Source of the DNA: Pseudovirgaria hyperparasitica
Taxonomy: Eukaryota
DNA length: 64,000 nt
Assembly: GCA_010093815.1 (NCBI GenBank)
Contig: ML996570.1
Reading direction: 5' to 3' (one strand)
The stretch's first letter is position 1, and every line of letters starts with the position of its first letter. Below the pieces are notes generated by a model, which was not told the origin of the DNA, did no database searches, and saw only the letters and a program-made list of their open reading frames with translations. Both the position numbers and the translations under genes were made by a program. This document shows positions 52,201 through 63,008 of the stretch, piece by piece.

Positions 52201-53534
52201 TTGGACGTATGTTACAGAGTTGACTATTAGCTCAATCTGGTCAACGAGCCGTGAAACTAGAGCAGCATTGCAGATTTTGCTCCGCAATGTTGGAACGAAT
52301 TCTACATAGATCTGACATGTTAACATCGCTTACCGTTGTCATGCCAGCATCCAAATAGGCGCTCGGTAGCAGAGAAGGCCAATTCCAGCAGCCTGGAGCA
52401 CCTTAATGCTCTAGGGAGAAAGATGGTCGTTGACTCGATAGCCGATCATATGTGCTACACAGCGCCAACCACATACGAAGGGGAATAGAATTACCTTGTC
52501 GGATAAACGCGCCCGGAACTGTCTCAGGGTCTTGGACGATATGTAGTCAGAAGGAGTTCGAAGAACGTATCTGCTTGGTGCTACCCATAGTAATTCATCG
52601 GCGTCCAACTGAAGGTATGGTATGTGAGACAGTTTCAACAGCAGCATTTCCTTATGTCTTCTCCTGATTCTACGGACCTGGAGCCGCGATAGATGTGCTT
52701 AAAGCTAGCTGCCATTTAACTAAGGGGTTGCCCTTTCTTACCACGCCTGCCCGCATGAAGTGATAAAACCTGGGGCTCTCGTATCCTCACGTCTGCGAAT
52801 CAGAAGCGGCTGAGCTCAAACCTCAATGAATCTTTTGAACTTGTTACTGGATTGAACCACAGGTACTGCGGCTTGCGACTCACCAAATCTCAGATGTGGT
52901 AAAATTGGAAGGTCATTCTCGCGTCTTGTAAAACGTATCAGACCCTACTACGTCGCCAAACATATGTGGACGTCATTCTTGATTGCCACTAAGAGACATA
53001 ATGTTGGATCACTTCTTGCCGAAGAGCCAATTCCCTACAGGAATCAGGACACTTTTTTACTGCCTACAAGGTCTTGCTGAAGGATCCAGGTGGCCATAAC
53101 CCGCAAAACGCTTCCTACTTGTCTCCCAGAAGATTTCAATATCTTTGATTGTATAGGCTTCGATAGTTGTGATTTCTGAAAGAGTTGGCACAGTCAACAA
53201 TAAGCCAATGCATGCTCGGCGCTACTAGATTACTCTTCCATAGAGATGGAGTTGATGGGTGGCGAATACTGAGCGTGTTTCATATAGTTGGTGTCTGGCT
53301 AGATCCTAGATGAGAACGGCACGTGGTATGAATATACGGTCCATAGGCGCTCGCACTATAATGGTGAAAGTAGAAATAAAAATGGATCCGATGGGATTGC
53401 TTGACGATTAATGAGGACTTGGCGCACGTGATGCCTTGCTTGATGGCTAAGATGCTAGGAGTCGACTACAATTCTTAAAGTTTCTCCACAACCAACGGAC
53501 GTGACCTACCACACGTAGGATTGCGATATCCTTC

Positions 53535-54628
53535 ATGTCACCCCGATTGCAGCTCTTACGAGCCTGCACTCGCCCTCAATTTTCATCAAAGTCGACCTCC
53601 CTGCCAATTCAGTCGCCAATTGCGACATTTCTCGCGCCGATCCTCCTGCGCAGTGGACTGCTCGAGCAGACACGGTCCGCATCCATCCTTTCTTCAATCT
53701 CAGATACTCAAGGAGCATACAACAAGAGAATAAGAGTGGGAAGAGGTCCCGCTTCTGGGAAAGGAAAGACATCGGGGAGAGGTCACAAGGGTCAAAAACA
53801 GCACGGCAAGGTCCCCAGAGGCTTCACCGGAGGCCAAACGCCAGATGAGATTGTAAACCCGCCCAGGGGAAAAGATAACCGGACATATCGGTGAGACTCC
53901 GCTTATGCTTAACTGTTGTGTTTCTTTGACACAGCCGACATATTTCATGGAACATGGCTGATCTCCGCATAGCTTCACCCAAGAGTTCGCCAAAGTCAAT
54001 GTCGACCGTATTCAACAGTGGATCGATCAAGGCCGCCTCGACCCCAAGAAGCCCATTACACTGAGGGATCTGCAAAGAAGTCGTTGCACACATGGCCTGA
54101 AGGAAGGCGTGAAGCTCCTTGCGAGAGTGCGTATAATTACCACGTATATATTTCACTAGACTAATTAGCTGCGTACAGAACGCCGGTCAACTCACTACCC
54201 CGATCAACATCATTGTCTCCCGCGCATCCGCAGGTGCCATTAAAGCCGTCGAAGCTGCTGGCGGCACGATCAGTACACGCTTCTATACCAAAGCGTCCCT
54301 GCGACGCATCATGGCGGGCGAAACCGACCCCATAAACTCTCTTATGTCTGCGTTCCCTCCCGAAATCGCCGATCTGACATCAAGGCCTATAATAGATGCA
54401 GAGACTGGACTTAAGCTCACGGGCTGGAAATATCGACTGCCCGACCCGACGAGTAGAGCAGATATCGAATATTACCGAGATCCGGCGCATCGGGGATATC
54501 TTAGCCATTTGGTGAAGGATGGCGAGAGTCCAAGTCTATTCTTCAGAACTGCAAAGGCGGAGCAAGAGAGGAAGGCTCTTGGTAAGCAGCAAGCAGAGAC
54601 GCCCATATCGGAGACGAAGTTGTGGTGA
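53535..54628 (+). CDS. MRPL10: Mitochondrial large ribosomal subunit protein uL15m (YmL10), 3 exons, about 319 aa
   Basis: L15 signature '[23 protein letters not shown]', 'FTGGQTP', 'IDQGRLDP' and '[10 protein letters not shown]'. Introns 53891-53972 and 54127-54178. N-terminal presequence. Confidence 0.93.
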
Positions 54629-55059
54629 AGAATTTAGTGTTGCGGGAGGGACGTGTATGATAGATATGTCTCTCGGGGTATTATTGCGTTGCTGCTGCTG
54701 CCTGAAAGTAACAGTTCTCATGTATAAATATACGAGATTGTATATGTTCAAAGTCAACATAGACATTCCATGCCTTCTGAAGATGCTCGACACTTGATCA
54801 GCGCGACTACACACTTCATGTTGCTCATTTATCCCCAGATAATCTCACTTCCTACAGGTCAAAACTCCTCTGGCCAGGCATTCAACAGCGATCACACATG
54901 AGTGATGGTGCTCACGTAGAGATTCTTGGAGCAAACCCCGCACCCCAATGAAGGCAAAAAGGCAAACAAATGACGACTCCTGGTCACCATCCATGCTAGT
55001 GAGTCATACATGATTTGACTGCCTAAGAGAATACGTCATCTGGACGAAATCGAACCTGT

Positions 55060-56219
55060 ATGCCACCCTCTAGCACGTATGAACCCTTCGATGCCAGCGC
55101 GCCATCTTTTACTGATTCAACGATCTCAAGTTTCGGTTCCCAGTCCTCCATGTATTCTCTACAACAGAAGCTCAACCCTCAAGATCTCCTGGGCGGGTCA
55201 GTTGATGGAGTGGGCACTCTCGGCACCTCTTTATGGAGAAAGTCCTTGAAACGCTTCATTGAGGATGAGGATGAGGAGGAGGATGAGGAGGGGGAGGAGG
55301 AGGAGGGAGAGGAGGAGGTCCATCCATGGAACACAAGCCAACAGCAGGGTGCAACTCTTGAGACTCCATTCCTCAGATTATGGGACGAACATTCCGGAAG
55401 TCAGCCCAAAGACAACCATATGAAAGCAAGAGCAACACGGCAACGTCTTAACACCAGAGCCTCCCGTAAGGAATCTTTGTCTCTACATCTGAAGCACGAT
55501 ACACGGACACCAACTCCTTACATCTCATTTACAGTCTCACCATCGGCAATACGTGGTCTAGCCCCAAGAAGAACTGAAAAACGAGGGCCACAAAAGCTGA
55601 TTGTTGTCGATCCAATCGCTCGCAAGAGAAATCGAATGCCTTTTCTGCACGTCCTCGATGAAATGGACTATTATGATATACCCGACCCTTATAATCAGCG
55701 TAACCGTTACTATCGAGACCATTACATATGTCTCTGGGAGGTTACCCCTGACGAGGTCGTTGGGCAGTGGGATTATGATGACCTCTTGAGCACTAGTGAG
55801 GATTGGTACGAGGACATTATTCTGCCTGCTGTTGAGAATTTCAGGCAAAAGACTACAGCCTCAGATGCTGAGGAGCTGGCTAATCTGCTTGGAGGAGTTT
55901 CATGTAAGTCCGAGGAGAGAATCTTCCACGCGAGGAGCTAACAGCATGTGCAGTGGCGAACAAACCCAAGGCTCTCCAATCTTCTAGCAAACCCAACAAG
56001 GCTGTATCGGTCGAGAGTGCTGCTTTGAACGATCATGTGTCTAAAAAGGGGGCAGTTCTAGGTTCTGCTTCTGAGAAAGCTTCAACAAGAAATGCAACGA
56101 CAGGCAAGGCTAGGCCAAAGAAAGCTACACCGAAAGAGCCTTCGTCAAGCGAGACAGTTTCAGACAAACATAAGCCAAAGATCAAGCCAGTGAGACTCGC
56201 GTTCATCGAAGATGAATAA
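55060..56219 (+). CDS. Hypothetical protein with acidic tract and a domain resembling fungal DUF7587/ADP-ribosyltransferase-like folds, 2 exons, about 369 aa
   Basis: ATG ORF 55060-55903 joined through intron 55904-55953 (GTAAGT...GCTAAC...CAG) to 55954-56219. Motifs FLRLWD, PTPYISFT and DHYICLWEV; poly-Glu encoded by (GAG)n at 55261-55318. Confidence 0.65.
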
Positions 56220-56580
56220 ATTGGATCTCCTTTTACGGGGACCATCTCAGATGAAGAAACGCTAGGGAAGTATGCTTCAAACGACTCTAACGACCAGTGA
56301 CGGAGTCCCACGCAGTGGACAGTGCTATGGAAAGCTTGAATATGACTGTGATCGAGTTTCCTCTTATACAGGCAACGGGATATTGCAGTTAGCCCAGTCG
56401 AAGGATAACTAGAGAGCTGGACTCTTGATTTCTTTTTTTCTTACACATGTAGCTACTCTGAAAGAATATCGATGCTCTACTCATCCTATGCTGAAGTCGC
56501 AATGCGCTAATGAAAGCTGAGATTCATACAGTCACACCTCTCCCCATTCATCAACTCAATTTAAATCTGGCTACAAACCC

Positions 56581-57117
56581 TTACAAAGGGTACCCTTCTC
56601 CTTCAACCCTCGTCTCCTCCCCCAAGAGCACAAAGTCCTTCTTCCCCACGTTCACCCCCTCCTTCCTCAGAATCGCATACACCATACTCAAGTGAAAGTA
56701 GAAATTCGGCACCGCAAACCTCATCACATAGTCCTTCTTCTCCAACTCGTGCGGGCCTCCGAACCACTTCACCCACACCTTGCCCTCGCTCTGCGCGAAG
56801 CCTTCCTCCTTCACTCCCGCCAATACCTTCTCGACATCCGCAATCCGCGCCAGCGCATCGGCCACGGACGTTGGGTCAAAGGAGTCGTATTTCGGGACCG
56901 ATGCTTCGGAAATTGCGCCGACTTTGACGAGGGTTGTGGTGGCGACGCACATGGCGATTTGGCGGGCGAGCGGCCACATATCGTCGATGATACGGGCCTC
57001 AAGGATTGCGGAGTCGGAAAGACCATGGGATTGGGCTTTGGTCAGAAGACCTTTGAGGACTTCCAGGCCGTCTTGGACCTGCGGGACATACGCAGCGTAG
57101 AGAGTTTCGGCGGACAT
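56581..57117 (-). CDS. DUF1993-family (DinB-like helical) protein, intronless, 178 aa
   Basis: Signature 'ARIIDDMWPLARQI' and 'FAVPNFYFHLSMVYAILRKEGVNVGKKDF'. Confidence 0.85.
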   Translation of the reverse strand: MSAETLYAAYVPQVQDGLEVLKGLLTKAQSHGLSDSAILEARIIDDMWPLARQIAMCVATTTLVKVGAISEASVPKYDSFDPTSVADALARIADVEKVLAGVKEEGFAQSEGKVWVKWFGGPHELEKKDYVMRFAVPNFYFHLSMVYAILRKEGVNVGKKDFVLLGEETRVEGEGYPL

Positions 57118-57898
57118 GATTGGGTGTTTTGATTGGTAGATGTTTGTAATGCTTGTGGTGGCTAGGTCTGTGAGGTGAGATTTGTTGGTGTTGATAAGTT
57201 GTTGATTGAGAGGGAGGTGGCCTGGCGTTTGGGTGTTATATACTCAGTTTGGGCCTTTAGGGGCGGTGTGAAACTTAATCGTGACTAGGGATGGTATGCT
57301 GCACGTCGAGACTTATGGAATGAGAGAGCCAATAGAATGTGACGTTGTAATGACCTTCAAGCACTGTAAGTTGTATACAGGATGATAATCACCTCTCTGT
57401 CAGCATGCTTGTAAATCAATCGAGGCTGAGTGAAACATCAGTCCGTGGCACAAGAAATCTGCAGTACAACAACCGCCATTAGATAGAGGTGACCCAGAGC
57501 GCATGTTGTCTTCGCGGATCTAGCGTGGCATCCTGAAGGCGATCTCTCGGGCATTCGGTCCGTAGCGCAAGTGCTTACCTCTGTTGGTTCAATTATAGGC
57601 TAGCACGCCGTGGAATTCGAGCTTGATTAGTAATTGCAAGCGTAGTGTGTGAGGTGAACAACTGACTCTCCCAGGGAGTCCGATGTCTTCGTGAAACTTT
57701 TCGTGTTACAGCCCTACCAGTTTGAGGATTGTTATAAGGTCTTGATACATTAGGGAGTCAAGTCTTTGTAAGAGACGAGCTATTATAGTGATACCAGATA
57801 GGACGCTCATGAAGTAATTAGCGTGTCTTCTATCTTTACAGATAAGGCAGTGAAACCGAATATATTTACAGCTTGAAAGTCAATGATTTGAATTATCT

Positions 57899-59161
57899 CT
57901 ATGATCCCTCGCAGCTACGATCGTTAAAGAAACGACTCGTACGTGCTGCCGGAACGAAGCCACCTGCTGCGTGTGTGGCGCTGTACAGCAAACAGTGCGA
58001 ATTGATGTTGTTCATCTCGTACGTGAGGCAATTGGAAGCTGCAACACATCGGGTGCCACATACTGCTGGGGTATCAGCGGGTTGGTCGTCAATCAGATAT
58101 TGATTGTTCGGCCCTGGAAAGGCCGTGCCCTCCACCCCGCAGATTTGTGCATTCGGATCAGTAGTAGGTGTGGGAATCGTTGTATCAGTATTTGTCGTCG
58201 GGCTTCCTTCATCCGATGGCTGAGGGTCTTGGAAACAGGAGATATCGTAGAATGGCGGCTCGTCGCTGCATGAGTGGAAGGTGGCATGGTTCGCGGCGGG
58301 AGTATTGTAGAGCTTGCAGATAAGGTCAGAGGTGAGCTGAAAGCTGTAGCACAGATATGTTTGTAGACAGAATCGAGTACAGGCTTCCAGACTACCGTAT
58401 GCGGGGCTGCTTCCCCATGTCCGACGTAAGGATGTTCCTGAAATGCCACAAACTTGACCTGTTGGCACAATTGTGGAAGCAATACAAGACGGGGAAGGCG
58501 ATACTGAAGCTGACGGTGATACTGGAGCTGACGGTGATACTGGAGCTGTCGGTGATACTGACGCTGATGGCGATAGCGATGGGGTAGTGGCAGTCACAGC
58601 TACGGTCTGCGAGGCTGTTGAGTGTGTTGAAGAGGTAGTTGTTACCAACGATGTAGACTTTGACGTCGAGAAGTAAAACACGCTGGTGATTGACGAAGTC
58701 TTGATCGTTGTTGTTGGTTGATTTGGAGTTGAGAACGTTGATGATGACACGGTCTTAGCACCGGATTGTGTCTTTGACTTGCAGGCAGACTTTGATGGAC
58801 AATTGCAGGATCGATCGTAGAACGTTAGAGAGCCGGAATTCGAAGAGCGCGCCGATTGGGAACTACGAGATAGAGTCAGCGGTCGTTCCCATGGTTATTC
58901 ATATTGAACTTGCATGTAACTAGTGTATAGGCGACACGTCCCAGCACCAATAGCATATGTTTTGCATTGTCTGTCTCTTCCACAACGGGCTTTGCAGCCG
59001 CCTAATGTCGTACTGATAGGATCGCTTTCAGTGCAGTACGGCGAAATGACCTTCTCAACGCCTTGTATCTCGCATGTCGATGGTGGACAGTGAGAACGGC
59101 TATTACCAAAAGGGTTTGCCGCCACGAGTGATGAGAGTGTAATCAAGGCGAAGAACCGCAT
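57899..59161 (-). CDS. Secreted Cys-rich protein with three PAN/Apple-like repeats and Ser/Thr-rich linkers, 2 exons, about 403 aa
   Basis: Signal peptide MRFFALITLSSLVAA; three units of C-x3-G...C-x3-C-x5-C-x-[ST]-[YF]...C-x-LY...F[YN]D-x2-C. Exons 59161-58914 and 58862-57899 are joined by a GC-AG intron 58863-58913. Confidence 0.75.
58497..58575. repeat. 18-nt coding minisatellite, about 4 copies (GGTGATACTGGAGCTGAC; encodes PSAPVS-type units on the minus strand)
   Basis: Directly visible within the Ser/Thr linker. Confidence 0.85.
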
Positions 59162-59746
59162 GATCAGAAATGTACGGATCTAACGGTAGGGGCCCTGGCA
59201 TTGAACTTATACTTTGTGTTCTGTTCTGGCTGAGCATAGCTTCGGTAAAATGGGCCATATCCCCTGAAGGTTTAAGCCACACGGCGCTGGTCTGAAGGGA
59301 ACAATGCACAGTCGAGCTGAGCAGTCGAGCCGACTTCAGTGTTAAACGAATGTAGAATATCTACACTGCAGACTTAGGTCTAGGAAGAACATGTTGACAT
59401 AACAAATGGATGGCTAGATTGCCTAAGGAGGGTATAGTGCCCGAGTGTCCGTGCTCACTTTTGCCGAGTTTAGTCTTTGATCAAGGTCTAGATTCAGACA
59501 TCTAATACGGGGGAGCCGAAGCTGCAAAGTGTGGCTTTGAACGTCCAAATTCGAGATCGTCCTCAGGGTCGATCATTCTTACATGCAGATAATAGTGGGT
59601 TGGGCCATATCACTGCCAGGGGCGCCGACACTGAGCGCATAGCACCACATCTTTTTACAAGGAGTGGTGTGTATAGATGCAGGAGCAACCCACTCAGTTG
59701 ACGTAGGCCTCTTTTGTGTTGGGTATGACTCTCTGAACGTGTGCGC

Positions 59747-60785
59747 TTATGCCTCCAATGGTCGCTTTCGTGGATTCTCGTTCATGTCTGGGCTTGCTTT
59801 CAATTCTGCAACCGCAAAATATCCCTTGTTCTCAACGACACCCCGGTCTTTGATGACTGCAGTGTACTTGACCACAAATTCGGGCTCAACATCACCATCC
59901 AGGCGGCCAGCATCCTCTGTATTTGGATCAGCTAAGACTTCAACGCCATGCTGCCCTGAGCCAAGCAATTCGCGCAGCGTCCCTCGAGGCAAGATGTCAG
60001 TACAATCGTTGTGGGTCAGGAGTTCGATCTTTTCTTTTTTGGCAAAAAGTATAAGGGGCTTTGGCACTACGCAACAGTCGCGAAGGTTAATCTGATTAAC
60101 ACTCGGTCGTACTCGAGTTTGTGGCAGTAATTTGTTCAAACGTTGTGTGCCGAATTCTGCTAGGCCTAGCTTTCCGATTACCCCAACGTCATGGAGTTCT
60201 TCCAATGTCCGCCAAGTTTCCAGCATAGTAGGTATGTCTTCTGGGTCAGCTGGCGAGGAGTGAGCTTCTTCTGAGGAGTCAACGTCCGAGTCGGAGTCTT
60301 CATCATCTGCATCGAATGCAATACCAGGAAAGGACACTATAAGCAAGTCGATAGAAGTCACCTTCAGGGCGTTCAAGACAAAGTCAACCGCCTCTTTCGC
60401 TTGAGCACGCCGTCTTGAGGCAGGTATGTTGGGAAGGAAGAAAAGCTTGACAGTAATGTCGTATTGTGCGCGCTCTTCTATCAGCCCTGTCTCTGTGTTC
60501 TCTAGGGACGGAATATATAGTGTTGAACCAATCTGCTGCGTCCAAGCTTTAAAATCTGAGTTCGTGTTTGGGGAGTCTATTGTATGGGCTGGCTTATACA
60601 GTTCTTTCTGAGCAGTAAAATTCGCGCGTAGAGTATTTGTGAGTTCTGCGTTCGACTTTTCGATTGTTGGCCGACGCATCACTGTGGGCCCTCTGCCCAT
60701 GATGTTTCTATGAAGCTGTGGTCAGTTGATAGACTCTAGGGCATGCAGTACATGAAACATACGATGTTGAAAGTACGAGCTTCAT
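59747..60785 (-). CDS. Glutamate-cysteine ligase modifier (regulatory) subunit-like protein, aldo-keto reductase fold, 2 exons, about 327 aa
   Basis: Exon 1 60785-60763 (MKLVLST), intron 60708-60762. Motifs 'YDITVKLFFLP', 'IDLLIVSFP', 'LGLAEF', 'CCVVPKPLILFAK', 'LLTHND' and 'VVKYTAVIKDRGVVENKGY'. Confidence 0.8.
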
Positions 60786-61130
60786 TGCGCCGATTCTCGT
60801 TACCCGCTATCAGAGGTGTTTGGTGGTGCGCTACGGAGACTAAACAGCACGATGTATGGATGCGTCAAGCAGTACGGTATTCTAGCGATGTAGTGGTGGG
60901 ATTATATTTCAAAAATGATGTACTGCCCACGCCCATGAATGATCGCAAAGCAATTCATAATCCTAGCTGTAGGACATGCCCGACGAGCGGGGCACAGTAA
61001 ATGACAGCCTGAGGCCACTAATCTGTATCCATCCATGTCACCCACGGCAGAACATAGTTTTGCACCACAGACGATCTCCAAACTCCGGCCCGCCCTGCAA
61101 CCACGATTTATTCCTTTCCTTGTGGCCAAC

Positions 61131-61851
61131 ATGGCTATCAAGTGAGTTACATCTTCACGTAACAAAGTAGACGCTAATATCCACTAAGATACCTCATCCT
61201 CCTTTCACGCCAGGGCAAAGTGGTCAGTCAGCTTCCACCAACTCAACATCCCCTCGACTCTAGCTGACCAGAGACCTCCATAGCGATTGGCAAAATGGTT
61301 CACAACCCTTTCTCCCAAGGACAAAGCAAAGATTATAAAAGATGTATCGCAGCTGGTTCTGGCCAGACGGACACGGATGTGTAACTTTTTAGAATATAAA
61401 GGTATGATCATTCAAGGTGCTCCGGGTTATGACACTGACCGAAAGCAGACACCAAGATCGTTTATCGCCGCTATGCCTCCCTTTTCTTCATAGCAGGTTG
61501 TGATTCTACCGATAATGAACTCATCACACTCGAAATTGTGCATCGTTATGTCGAACAAATGGACAAATACTATGGGAACGTGTGCGAGCTCGACATAATC
61601 TTCAACTTTCAGAAAGCGTACTTCATTCTCGATGAACTCCTTCTCGCTGGCGAGATGCAAGAAAGCAGCAAGAAGAATGTCCTTAGATGTATAGCCCAAC
61701 AAGACAGTCTTGAAGATATGGAGGTACGTTTCAAGCTTCGTCAATCCCACTCTGCACCTCCCGTCATGACCACCCTTACCCACGATAGCACAGCGGCCAC
61801 TACTGATACCTCATTTAGACAGAGGATGATGTAGTAACAAAGATAATGTAA
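61131..61851 (+). CDS. APS1: AP-1 adaptor complex sigma subunit, isoform A (C-terminus [10 protein letters not shown]), 156 aa
   Basis: Exons 61131-61141, 61189-61222, 61284-61401, 61449-61723 and 61819-61851. Motifs '[13 protein letters not shown]', '[11 protein letters not shown]' and '[17 protein letters not shown]'. Confidence 0.92.
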
Positions 61852-61982
61852 TATTCGATCACGATCCGACGTACAAGTTCTTCACATCCCGTTCGTCAAG
61901 GCGCACGCTCATTGCCTGGTGGGACAACACGTTTTCTAGTGATAATTCTTCAAACATTGCCTAGAGCTAACAAGTACAACAG

Positions 61983-62030
61983 GCCGAAGAGAACCTGGTG
62001 AAAGAGCTTAAAAACTCTGGCATTGTTTGA
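61983..62030 (+). CDS. APS1: Putative alternative terminal exon of AP-1 sigma, isoform B (AEENLVKELKNSGIV*), 161 aa total
   Basis: GCTAAC branch point at 61966-61971 and CAG acceptor ending at 61982. Phase 0 matches the donor at 61724, giving 15 sense codons and then TGA. Confidence 0.6.
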   Translation, partial: AEENLVKELKNSGIV

Positions 62031-63008
62031 TTCATCACGGAGTCTCGCAACTTACAATATGACTGCATCGCAACGGAACACAATGGCGTTATAGGCGTTT
62101 GCATACCCCAGACTGTTAGGCCCAATGGACATGGTGTCACATTTTATAACTTGTCAATCATGCTTCCTGCTCAGCGGGATCAGCTCAGCATGCAATACAA
62201 CGAGATTGTTTCAGCTCTCACTCTTTTGAAAGTCCTCTGGGCCAATATCCAGTGCTACCAATGTGACAAGTCAAGTACAGCGTCGCCATGACGAATGGAC
62301 ATTCACGTATCATTTTTGAGATTCACTGACTTAGGTGCGTATCATGTCTTAGGAAATCGTAATCGATGACTTTCGGGTTCGACTGTTGGGTACTATCCAT
62401 TCACCAAACTTCGACAAGAACGACTCAATCATTGTTACCATTACTGATATACGCGTAAGACGGACAAACCCGGGAAAAGAACAGTCTATTCGGAATGGAA
62501 GCATGGCAGGGCAACGTCACGAATCCGTGTCACGTGAGAGGTCGCTGTGACGAGTCGAATGGCTGATGGGTGCAGGAGGGCGGTTTGATTGGCTACGCAG
62601 ACAGTTCAGCTGTCCACATCCACATCATCGCGCGACTTGACACTCACTCTACATCTTGCGATAACGACAGTCACTCTGTCAAACAGATCTTCTGACGATG
62701 CCTTCCATCACCTTCGCCGCTTCCTGCTAGACTAGACGGTCTGGCTCGAACAGTATAGAGAGTCTGGTCCTGCACCCAGCCGAAGCCTTATCTCTACCGT
62801 TGTACTTGCTCACACAGGAGACTCCCCGAGACCCGATACAGCCATCTCAACCGGCAAAGACCGACCTTGGTCAGCCTCAGCACAGTAATCCTGCAGTGAA
62901 CGGCACGACATACCATTTATATACACAAAGCACGTTCATGTCACGGTCCTCAAACAAAACGTCACCGTCGCTCCATCAGATTAGTCTTCGCACAAAGACA
63001 AACACATT

